The notes under the pieces are model-generated. The model ran no database searches. It was not told the origin of the DNA and saw only the letters and a program-made list of their open reading frames with translations. Source: Carpediemonas membranifera BICM (lineage: Eukaryota > Protista > Fornicata). From it: DNA of 64,000 bases. Both the position numbers and the translations under genes were made by a program. Within the stretch, counting starts at the first letter, position 1; every line of letters begins with the position of its first letter. Positions 45,601-57,500 of the stretch are shown here, one piece after another. The stretch is from positions 186,001 through 250,000 of the forward strand of contig JAHDYR010000001.1 in assembly GCA_019828565.1 (NCBI GenBank). Direction: 5' to 3'.

Positions 45601-47525
45601 ATGAGACCTCTGATCGGCTTACCGGTGGGCACGATGTACTGGTGATCAGCAAAGGACAGGGTTTTGCCCTCGACCTGGGCTTGGATCGACTGGGGGCAGT
45701 GGAGGTTCATCTCATCGCCGTCGAAGTCAGCGTTGTAGCTGTTGCAGTTAGGGTAAGCGAAACGGATGGTGCGCTGCTTGGGGAGGACTCTGACGTTGTG
45801 GGTCATCATCGACGACCGGTGGAGCGTGGGCTGACGGTTAACGATGAGTGAATCGCCGTTCTTCAAGTGGCGGTAGACCTTCTTACACCCGGCCGTGGAT
45901 CGTCCCATGACCGTGTCGTCAGTCTGCAGGGTCTTAGCTAGTGCTGCCCGGCGTGTGTCCGTGAGCTGGGTGAGGTCCGTGAGCATCCCCGACTCAGACT
46001 CGATGTAGTTGGCACCAGGGTAGACCGCGGGGCCGTTGATGACTGCCTGGCGGAGCTCTTGGACGTTCCTGTCGTTGACTGGCTCGGGCAGGGTCAGCGT
46101 CTTGGCGAAGACAGTGGGGATGCCGATCTCTCCGGTTCGCAGGTTAGGGTCTGGGGAAATGACCGAACGGGCGGCGAAGTTGACGCGCTTGCCCATGATG
46201 TTACGACGCATGAGGCCTTCCTTCTTCTCAAGGTTCTGCTTGATGCCGGGTGGGCCGTTTCTCTGGTTCGACTTGGAGGAGTCGATGAGGTCCGTCACGG
46301 CCTCCTGGAGAGACCGGGAGAGGCGCATCATCTCGTTATGGCGTGTGGCGGTGTCCATGTTGCGGTAGCGGGAGCCCTCGGGGTTCTTCTGGATGATTGC
46401 CTCGACACGCTCAGCGTCGCCTGCCCTGAGAGCCTGAAGGAGGAGCAGCTGGCTCTTGGCAGTGATGATCTTGTGGAACTCGCCTGTGCGGGGGTGCTCA
46501 AAGGTCTTGCCCTCGTATGATGATGCCGGGCGGAACTTAGAGGGGCCCACGGGGAGCTGACGGATGAACCAACACGCGGGGTCGAAGATGCGGTCCGTCT
46601 GGTGACCGCCGACCGAGCCGAAGATGCGAGCGATGAGGTTGGCGTGCTCCTTCTGCATGAGAGTCAGCCGGGCGAGGATTTCGTCGGCGGGGACAACCAC
46701 GCGGCGGTGGATGTCGGCCCTGGTGGTCGTGTGGACAGTGGGGTCCTCCTCCATGAGATCGACGTCTTCCTCGGCGATGGAGTCGTTGTCTTCGACCTCT
46801 TCAGCAGCCAGAGCGGTACGGATAGTCTGGCCGCGCTTGGCGTTGTGCTCGCGGGCACGGGAGCCGAGGGCCTCACGGTAAATGGCGTTGACAGAGTCGC
46901 GGCTGAAGGAAGGGTTCTGGACGTTGCAGTGGCAGCAGGTGTTGCTGCTGGGCTCGTGGAAGAACATCCTTTTGATCTCCCGGCGGACGTCGATGGCGTT
47001 GGACGTGACGGGGCCGTTCTTGGCGATGATCTCAGACGCCTTTTTGTAGAGGCCCTTGAGCTGCTCAAGGGTGGCCTCTGCGTCCTGGGGCTTGTGTGTA
47101 TGAAGGTCCTTGGGCGGTGGGGGAAGGCCGGCCACGCGGCTGGCTTCCTGAACCATGTCCGCGTCGAGGCACATGAACATCACCTCATAGCGGAAAAGCT
47201 TGGCATCGGGGATGCGGAGCTTGTTGCAGTGGTTACAAGTGCGGCGGGTGAGCTTATAGACGATGTCGAAAGTGAGAGGATTGAACACAGTAATGGGAAG
47301 CGTGATCCGCCCAAAGTGTCCGGGACAGGAGTTGTAGCCAAGGCCACAAGTCTCACAAGTGTCGCTCTTCGAAAATGGTCCCATACGGCGATCGAAAAGG
47401 CCATTCTTCGTCGGCTCGCCAAGAGAGTCAAATGTTTCCGGGACTGTGACGTCCACAACAGACATTGCCTCTATCTCTTCCGATGTGAAGAACCGAAAAT
47501 CGACTTCGTCGATCCTTCTATCCAT
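42610..47525 (-). CDS. RPA1: RNA polymerase I largest subunit; intron 43920-43954
   Basis: CxxC...CPGHFG, KKEGLMRRNIMGKRVNFAARSVISPD, YNADFDGDEMN, PIRGLIQDH and QQSLEGRRTPVMVSGKTLP (Pol I type). A 35-nt intron restores QMTLN|TFHLAGHG. Confidence 0.96.
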
Positions 47526-47847
47526 TCTCACGTTCGCTTCGAAGCGATCGACTCAGAAACGACTCGGTGCATTTTAAGGTCACTAGGTGGTGGTTATGTT
47601 CATCGCATTATTACCATGGGGGCAGTGGTTCTAGCCAACCAATTAATGGCTGACCTTTCCTAACTCTCGCGCAATCTGTGGGAAAGTTGAGCTCGCGGCC
47701 AGGTCGGTCAACTTTGTCCAAACTGTGAAGAACTGAAGACATGAAGCTTCCAAGCTGCGATCGAAGCTCGTCCAGAGGGAAACCCAGCACAATCCGGGTG
47801 GCAAGTCATCATTTGATGACGCCGGATGATTTTTCCAGTCGTGACGC

Positions 47848-50800
47848 ATGCAGAGCCGCAAGAGGCAGTTTCTCATCGAGGACGATGATTCTGATCTCTC
47901 AGATGCTCCAAATTGCTTCCTTTTACCCGTTATGAACAAGGATTGGTACCGAATTGCTGCAGAACATGTAGAGAAGGTCTATGCCAGCGTGAACAAGCTT
48001 TCTCAGACACAGATATCAACCTCCTTGTTAGTTCTTGTCTCATTACTTATCCAGTGAGTCTCATCGCACGTCTGCTCTCGCCACAACCGACACACTTTTT
48101 GCCGGGCTGCAAACTACGCCACTCGACTACATCCCGCCCTCCATCCCTCGCCCAAGCATGTTTACGGTGAAGGAGCACCTTGACCTTCCCGCCGCCGTTG
48201 TATATGAGCCCGAGGAGGATCAGACACCCTTCCTGGAACAGCTGACGATGCCACACACACCACAGCCCGAGATTCCCGTCATGGGCGACCAGACACCCTA
48301 CCAGGTTGACCTAGCTACACCACTAGCAGCCCTAGTCGCCGCCCTGGTCCGACAGGCCTGTCCCATCCCGCCCACTGCCCGCGCCCCAGACCTCCTGGAG
48401 GCACCTGGGGCGGTGGAGACAGACAGGGGCCTGACTCTACAACCGCCGGTTATCCCACACGGCTTGCTCCCCCTCAGCGCCCCAGATCCGGCTGTGCCGC
48501 AGCTGGCCTCGTCAACATTCCTCCAGGCCAGTTTCAGCCGAACGGTGGACGGCGCCAAGACTGCACCGACTCTAATCGACATCGACTTGAGCAATGCGAC
48601 CCCGCCTAAGGCCAGGGACTTCCTCTGTGCCGGCCTGAAGGACTTGGACGTACCTCAGTCTCGTCCTCAAGAAAGTGCAGTTTTACCCGACTTCACTCAA
48701 GTTACTCGAGTCGAGTACCCGCCGATGGAGCTCCCTACGCTCCCCACAGTCATCTACCACGAGCCCCCACCCCTCCTTGAAGTCTCTGGCGAGCCCCTCG
48801 CAGCCCCAGCCCAGCCCCCCTCTCTGGAGAAGAAGTCCTGGGCCCAGGTCGACTACACCCTGCCCTGGGCGATCACGGGGAAGCTCACCCCGCCATCAGT
48901 ACCAGATTTACTAGACGGGGTTGACCGGGCTTCCGTCTTAGCGGCGGATGAGACGCCTGCCATGCTTGAGGTTGAGGCCCCTGACCCCCAGACGTTGGAG
49001 TGGGTCCGGGGCTGGGTTGTGTGGACTGATAAGGCCAGGGCCGCGGTGTTGGCCGAGGAGGGCGTGCCTTCATATACCATGACCCCATTCTTCGTCGCAG
49101 TGGAGCTTGCCCAGGCCATCGCCCAGAGCATCGTCAGCCAGGGCCTCAGGTGGGCAGGGTCTGCATACGACCAGCTGAGGGGCGCCCCACCGTCCCCGCC
49201 CAGGCCCGCTGCCCCAGTGACCCGGGCAGACGTGGCGGACTTCATCCCGGACGCCCTGCTGGACCCGGCGTCACCCCAGCCAAAGTCAGCACAAGAAACA
49301 GTGCCACAAGAGCACCCAGAGCAGGAGGAACCAACAGGAAATGACGATGACGCACCGCCCGCCCAGGCCCAGGCCCCGACCTCACCCTCCGCCCCGGCGA
49401 GCCCTATTCCACTGGCCCCGAGCGAGGGAGGCATGTCCTCCCTGCTAGATCTCAATGGGAGCCCCATTCTGATCCAAGTCGGAGAGGAGGGTAGGGTGCT
49501 AGATTCAACTCAATCTTCGGATACGAGCACGACGGTTGTACTGTATCGGCACCCGCTGGAGGATTGTGTCAGGGCTGTGAAAGAGACAGTCAAGTATCTC
49601 AAGACTGTAGATCGGATCCGGATCCCGTTGGAAGATTTGGTTGAGATTTCCCAACGTCTTCAGGCCATTCCTACGCCGCCACGGGCAAATCTGAGGCCCA
49701 TTGACCTCGAGCACCTTGGCCAGACCCAGCCAGACGACTCTGCCGCTCCCGGGCCAAGCGAGGCCCACGCTCAGCCAGCCATCACCGACCCGATCCAGCC
49801 GAATGCAGGAGTCTCAGACCTGCTCGATACAGTCGACCTCGACTTCCTCTTTGGAACAGCACGCGATATCGAACTCAACCACGCTCTCAACGTCCCCGCG
49901 CCAAAGTTCCACCGGGCTCTCCGCGTAGCCCCGGATACAGCCGGCTGGGTCCGGACAGCAATCGGCCCACCCCACCGTGCAGCGCCAATAGTCCTCGATG
50001 GTCCAAGTCTCGTGCAGTTTACGGCAGCTTTGGTGTCACATTGCGCATCTCATGACACTCCGCTCACCATTGTCGGCCCCTGGGTCAAAGAGGTCATGCC
50101 CGTTGTTAGACGGGCGGCAAGAGAGGCGGGGTTCGAGTCGGATCGAGTGAGGTGTCTTGGCACGCCGCCTGAGGCCCACGAGGGGGTGGTTGTGTCGTCT
50201 GTCACACTGCATGACGCTGGGATTTACCTGGATCTGCCGGATCCTCTTGAGATCTGGCCGATTGAGACTGTATCTCTGCCTCGGACCGCGCTCCCAGCAG
50301 GTCTGGCAAGTCTATTTATACTTACTCGCGTAATTCAGTCAATGAGCCCTCAAGACGCGATCGATGCCATGTTGGTCGACCACGCAGCACGCGACACAGT
50401 CATGAAGCACCACAAGGACCTCCAAACAGTGTCAGAGTGGTCTTGCCCGTGTGACAAGCTCATGCCGGAAAGGCTGGTCGTAGTCTGCCCCGCTCTGGGC
50501 GATGGCCCGCTCCTCCGGCCCCTGACAAAGTCGACTCAGCTCGAGTCTGCCTGGTCTGCTGGACTGGTGCCTGTGGTGCCGTCTGACACACCGCTGGGTC
50601 TGCCCGCCGAGGCTGAGCCATTTACTGCTCTGATCCTCGCTCATGATCAGGAGATTCCTTTTGAGTCAATCAAAGCCCGCTTCGCACTCGGCCAGGCTTC
50701 AGTTCGCAGGATACGGTTCTCCACGCCGCTGCCGCTGCCTCTATTGCCCGTGATGCTCCACACCGCGCTCAGCCCACCCGTTCCGCCAGGCCAGACCGTC

Positions 50801-51331
50801 ACGCGATGCACCGACCGCAAGGCCACTTACATCTTTGACACCGCCGCCGCCGCCGTCGTCTGCACAGACCCCTCGCTTGCTGTGCCCGCCGTCAAGACTG
50901 CGGCCGAGTCGAACGAGGTTCTTTTGGTCATTGTCATCCGGCATCCTGAGTCGATCGAGTCAATCAAGGCCGAGCTTGCCTCGATGGGCCGGACAGTCTT
51001 GGTCAAGTCGGTCGAGTCGGGCGAGGTGTTGCTTAAAGCGCTCGTGGCCTTCGCGGCGTGGCGAGACAAGGTCTTTGAGAAACTTGGGACGTCCCGTACA
51101 AAGCTGATATCAGATTACAGACCGACCGCAAGATATGTCGGCACTCTCGACTTGACTCAAGTGAAGTCGCTCAATCCACTGGCGATGTCAGCAGTCGCCG
51201 CGCTTGGGAACTTCGACAAGGCCGCGCTGCAGTCGATTGGTCTACCCGGCCGAGCAGTAGCCGAGCTCGAGGCGCTGGGGGCCGCCAGACGACAGGGTGG
51301 CCCGTCGAGGGCGAGCTGGGGTATACTGTAG
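47848..51331 (+). CDS. Large Pro-rich protein with C-terminal XPF/ERCC4-like region (SHOC1/Zip2-like candidate); intron 48027-48054
   Basis: A 28-nt GTTAGT...CTTATCCAG intron joins ORF 47848 in frame to the 1098-aa ORF. C-terminal YIFDTAAAAV...VLLVIVI...SLNPLAMSAV; family call is weak. Confidence 0.45.
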
Positions 51332-51542
51332 GGATGGTAAACTTCGCGCTTGGCTCACTTTGCTGCATGGGAGTGATCATCGTTGACGAGCCTGAACAGT
51401 TCTTGCAGGAAATGCTGACTGAATAGCACTAGCGCATGTCTTCAGTTCAAGAGAGTTGGGTCTGGTTGGCGAGTCTTCTCATTGGCAGGAGCATGCTGTG
51501 CCAATTGGCAGACGGACAGACTGCGAGCAGGATAACTGCAGA

Positions 51543-54500
51543 ATGGCCGCTGAGAAAAATTGGGATCGCGAAGCCACCTTATCGCGTCTCAAACGTGAGC
51601 TCAGCGATGCACTTGAAAACCCTAATCCTGACGGCACCGCAAAAGTCGTCTTCTTCAAGTCCGCCACCGGCTCTGGGAAGACGAGGCTCTTTCTCGAGGC
51701 CTTGGACGCTGTTAGCGATGAAAGAGAGAAGAACAAGCTGTTGTCGTCACGACCATACACCCTCGAGGGCTTTCAGGAATTTGCAGACGGTCTTTCTGAA
51801 AGCGGGATGACGACGCTTACACGCAGCATGAGCGGGCAGAACAAGCCGGACGAATCCAGCAGACCGGTGCCCACGCTCCTCGTCGTCCCTCATGCGATGA
51901 TAGGGGAGAGCCACGACAAGGCGGAGGAAGACGGGCCCGAGGAGGAAGACACGGACTCCGGACAGCCGTCCTTCGCGGCGATGTGGCCCTTGAAGATGAT
52001 GGAAAGCCTTGTTCGCGACCGGGTCGACGGCGTCACTCCCCCACTGATCCTCCTCGTCGACGAGGCCCACGGTCTCTTCACGTTCGATGGCTTCAAGACC
52101 AGGATGCTGAAGAGGACCCTGCTGGAACTCAAGCCCGCTGCTCTGGTGCTGGCGACGGCCTCCGGCGAACGTGAGATGGCGGAGTCGTTTGCGGAGTTTA
52201 TCAATGACCCGCCTGAGAAAGAGGATGATGATCCTGACCATGCTGAGCCTCATCCAGACCCTCGCCGTGTTCTCGGCACCACGGTCATGGTCGAAGGGGC
52301 CCCGTACACCGAGGGCATGGCGGAGTTCAGAGACCTGACGTTCACGGCGACCCAGCAGAGTGGAGATGTGGGCAGCTGGTGGGAGTATATGGACGGCAAG
52401 AAGATCCCAATTGCGGCCAAGTGCAAGTCCTGTGCCGACAAGATCTGCCACTACCTGACCAATCTCCGCCCCTCCCTGACAGCCCAAGTCCACCCGGAGG
52501 GAGAGAAGCCGGGCGTCATTGTCTTCGTGCCAAAGCCAGTGCGTGGCGAAGTGTCCCGTCAGCTTCAAGCCTTGGTCAATGAACATTCCCTTGAAGGCCA
52601 GTTTACCATTCTCGACCTTGATAAGCAGGCAAATAGCGAAGTCATCATAGCATGGCTCAACGCCAACGCCGCCAGCCAGACCCTCGTCATGGTACACCAC
52701 TATGGCGGTTGTTACGCCGAGGGAGCTGACCTGCCTCCCCGCATGGTCGGCCTCGCTCTGCTGTTCGGGCGGTACTACGGTGTTCCGATGCCTTTCATGA
52801 TCCCGGCAGACGACAAGTATGGTATTAAGAACGAGTCGATGCTCAAATCCGGCCGTATAGCCTCCCAACAGGCCGGCGGCAGGGCTGTCCGAGGACCCTG
52901 GGACCACGGGGTCGTCGTCTGCGTCGACAGCGAGTGGGGGGAGGAGAAGCCGCTCAACTCCGAGGAATGGCTCGGCACCATCAAGAAAGGTGTCGACGAT
53001 CAGGCTGTGTTCAACGAGATATCAGCAAAACTGGCCTTAACCCACCCCGAGGCCAGTCGCCCCGACAACACTCTCCCCGTCCTCGCCCAGAGAGCCAGCA
53101 GCCGGGAGAAGCCACTCGTCGAGGTTCTCAAGGACCAAGATCTGAGCTTTGGCTCCGACTTCGCCGCGAGTATGCCGCAAGAAGCGATGGTCCACACCGA
53201 GCCTGGCAGCAGTGGCGACTATACGGTCAGCGACATCGTCTGGTCAACAGCGGTCTTCGAGATCCTCAAGATTCAGCACAAAGCCGACCTGGTTGAGCTC
53301 AGCCGAGCAATCAAGAACCTCGGCGCTGCCTTCGTCGTCTCCCAGATCAAGGCACTCTTCGCCGACCGCGATGTCATGACAGTCAAAGCCCCGATGCTGG
53401 ATTCCATCAAGGGGTGCAATGACTCAATGGAGTTGTTTGTCACGCTCACTGGGAGCGGTGCCCAGGCTGCCGTGAGGGAGCTTCGTGAGTGGGTCGACAA
53501 TGACTTCAGTTGCGAGCTGAAGGGAGAATGCAAGCGTTTCACCGACACCCAGGATTTGGAGACCTTGAACGGCCGTGCCGACTTCATGCGAAAGTGGGAT
53601 GCCAACATGGCGCCCGTCGACGCGCATAGGGTTATAGGGGAAGAGATGTGGCCTCGACTCAGCCCTCTGCAGGATGAGCTGGAAAATGATGACAGACGCG
53701 ATTCTTACCTGAATGGAATGGAGAACAAACCCTCATTCACCGAGCTCCTGTATAGAGTCGCAGCGCCCAGGCTAGCCCAGTTCACCCACAGGATTCTCCA
53801 GGGCATTAGCATCAATGAGTTCGTGACGATGAAGACCGGGTCGACCGGCAGCGAGCTGTTCCACACGGAAGACGGGTCTGCTGCGTCTGCCGACCGCCTC
53901 CTCACCAAGGACGCCCTGAAGCAGCTCAAGGGGACCCACATCCCCCACCTGCTCCGGGAGATGAGTGATGGGACAACTCGGGTCAACGCCGTGCTGGCCG
54001 TGCCGATCAAGAACCCTGCACAATGCCATACATGCCCCTTCTGGCCGCCCGACTGGGACTTTGATCGGATGGGTGAGTGTCTGGAGTCGGCTGCTGGCAA
54101 ATCCAAGACCAATGTGGATCTGCTCCAAGCATTCCAACAGAGTTCATTCTCGATCGGTACCTCCGCATCCGCATCCGAGGCCAGGCTGGCCATTGACGCC
54201 AACCAAGGATACCCTCCTGTGCTCCACGCCTTTCTTATCGACACCGATGCCATGTTCCAGGATGAGAATAAGCAGAAGGAGTACTACCAGGGCATCGCCC
54301 TCCTCGCCTCGATCCTGCGCAGTGGTGACCTGTCAGAGGACTCATACGACGGCGAGCTGGGCTATCTCGAGGGCCTGCTTGATGTCAATGACCCTGCCCA
54401 ACGCACCCCCCGGGTCGAGTACGACGGCGGCCGGCTGACGTTGCTGGTCAACGCTCATCAAAATGTCACTGGAACAGATGCAGAGGAGCTTCGTGACGCG

Positions 54501-57500
54501 ACATTGACCTTCACTGCCACCATCGCGGATGCTATCGAGAAAGGCACCGACGTAGTGCTCCACATCGCGGCCCACGGCACATGCACCAGGGTCGAGCACT
54601 TCGGGGCCCTAAAGGAAGATGTTGCCACCGTCTCGGTCATTCTCGGCCACCAGGAGTTTAGTGAGAAGAAGAAGAAGAAGAAGGGTATCTTCCTGAACTT
54701 GAATCTGTTCATGCACGAAGTGAACATGCGGCAGCAGCAGGCAAGAGACCAAGACCGGACGCCAGGCCAGCTTCTCATCCTCAGCATGCAGTGCCGTTAT
54801 TCATTGGAGGACAGGCCCATCGGGGACGACACCGCCGTGAAGAAAGAGAAGACCCTCCTCATCAACCACCTGCCCGACCTGCCCGGGATAGTGGCGTTCT
54901 TCGCACAGAGCCCTCCCTTCAAGAACGTGGTCCGCAACTACCTTGGCGACGACACCGCATTCCACGCGATCAAAGAGTGTGCATGGAGGGATGGAACATT
55001 TTGGACAAAATATGAGTGGCTTACAGGTGTTGTCTGCGATCAGTTCACCCTGCTGTGCGTCATGCTGGCGTCTAGAGCGCTGGGGCACGATCTGTTTATG
55101 GAGGTCCCTGAATACATGAGCGCTTCGAGAGCTGCAACCACCAAGCGGAAGAAAACGCTCAAGACGCGTGGACGTGATGGAGATGAGGAGGAGGCTCTGA
55201 AGATCGTCCCGATGCTGCCAGTTCTCTACGGACAGGCATGGCGCGATGCTATGGGGAAGGGGGAGAGTAAGATCGACTTTGTCCAGAGCCGTCTCAAGGA
55301 GTTGATCGCGAAGCAGCGTAGCATAGAGAATGACGACGATGAGCAGGCTGTGTTCAACGAGATATCAGCAAAACTGGCCTTAACCCACCCCGAGGCCAGT
55401 CGCCCCGACAACACTCTCCCCGTCCTCGCCCAGAGAGCCAGCAGCCGGGAGAAGCCACTCGTCGAGGATTTCAAGGACCAAGATCTGAGCTTTGGCTCCG
55501 ACTTCGCCGCGAGTATGCCTCTAGAAGCGATGGTCCACACCGAGCCTGGCAGCAGTGGCGATTGCAGCATCAGTGACATCATCTGGTCGACGAGCGGTGG
55601 TGGCGGCAACGGCGGGAGTGGCGGCAACGGCGGTGGTGGCGGTAACGGTGGTGGCGGCAACGGCGGTGGTGGCGGCAACGGCGGGAGTGGCGGCAACGGC
55701 GGTGGTGGCGGTAACGGTGGTGGCGGCAACGGCGGTGGTGGCGGCAACGGCGGTGGTGGCGGTAACGGTGGTGGCGGCAACGGCGGGAGTGGCGGCAACG
55801 GCGGTGGTGGCGGTAACGGTGGTGGCGGCAACGGCGGTGGTGGCGGTAACGGCGGTGGTGGCGGCAACGGCGACTACAACGTCAATGACATCGTCTGGTC
55901 AACAGCGGTCTTCGAGATCCTCAAGATTCAGCACAAAGCCGACCTGGTTGAGCTCAGCCGAGCAATCAAGAACCTCGGCGCTGCCTTCGTCGTCTCCCAG
56001 ATCAAGGCACTCTTCGCCGACCGCGATGTCATGACAGTCAAAGCCCCGATGCTGGATTCCATCAAGGGGTGCAATGACTCAATGGAGTTGTTTGTCACGC
56101 TCACTGGGAGCGGTGCCCAGGCTGCCGTGAGGGAGCTTCGTGAGTGGGTCGACAATGACTTCAGTTGCGAGCTGAAGGGAGAATGCAAGCGTTTCACCGA
56201 CACCCAGGATTTGGAGACCTTGAACGGCCGTGCCGACTTCATGCGAAAGTGGGATGCCAACATGGCGCCCGTCGACGCGCATAGGGTTATAGGGGAAGAG
56301 ATGTGGCCTCGACTCAGCCCTCTGCAGGATGAGCTGGAAAATGATGACAGACGCGATTCTTACCTGAATGGAATGGAGAACAAACCCTCATTCACCGAGC
56401 TCCTGTATAGAGTCGCAGCGCCCCGGCTTGCCCAGTTCACCCACAGGATTCTCCAGGGCATTAGCATCAATGAGTTCGTGACGATGAAGACCGGGTCGAC
56501 CGGCAGCGAGCTGTTCCACACGGAAGACGGGTCTGCTGCGTCTGCCGACCGCCTCCTCACCAAGGACGCCCTGAAGCAGCTCAAGGGGACCCACATCCCC
56601 CACCTGCTCCGGGAGATGAGTGATGGGACAACTCGGGTCAACGCCGTGCTGGCCGTGCCGATCAAGAACCCTGCACAATGCCATACATGCCCCTTCTGGC
56701 CGCCCGACTGGGACTTTGATCGGATGGGTGAGTGTCTGGAGTCGGCTGCTGGCAAATCCAAGACCAATGTGGATCTGCTCCAAGCATTCCAACAGAGTTC
56801 ATTCTCGATCGGTACCTCCGCATCCGCATCCGAGGCCAGGCTGGCCATTGACGCCAACCAAGGATACCCTCCTGTGCTCCACGCCTTTCTTATCGACACC
56901 GATGCCATGTTCCAGGATGAGAATAAGCAGAAGGAGTACTACCAGGGCATCGCCCTCCTCGCCTCGATCCTGCGCAGTGGTGGCCTGTCAGATAAGTCAT
57001 ACAAGAGCGAGCTGGGCTATCTCGAGGGCCTGCTTGATGTCAATGACCCTGCCCAACGCACCCCCCGGGTCGAGTACGACGGCGGCCGGCTGACGTTGCT
57101 GGTCAACGCTCATCAAAATGTCACTGGAACAGATGCAGAGGAGCTTCGTGACGCGACATTGACCTTCACTGCCACCATCGCGGATGCTATCGAGAAAGGC
57201 ACCGACGTAGTGCTCCACATCGCGGCCCACGGCACATGCACCAGGGTCGAGCACTTCGGGGCCCTAAAGGAAGATGTTGCCACCGTCTCGGTCATTCTCG
57301 GCCACCAGGAGTTGGACGAGGAGACGAAGAAGGGTATCTTCCTGAACTTGAATCTGTTCATGCACGAAGTGAACATGCGGCAGCAGCAGGCAAGAGACCA
57401 AGACCGGACGCCAGGCCAGCTTCTCATCCTCAGCAGTCAGTGCCGTTATTCATTGGAGGACACGCCCATCGGGGACGACACCGCCGTGAAGAAAGAGAAG

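Noticed and set aside
42610-47531. Split RNA polymerase subunit (archaeal A'/A''-like) suggested by two ORFs
   Set aside because: A canonical 35-nt intron (43920-43954) joins them.
51367-51426. Mini-ORF MGVIIVDEPEQFLQEMLTE resembling a Walker B upstream of the helicase gene
   Set aside because: 19 codons and not joinable to either neighbour with a consensus intron.
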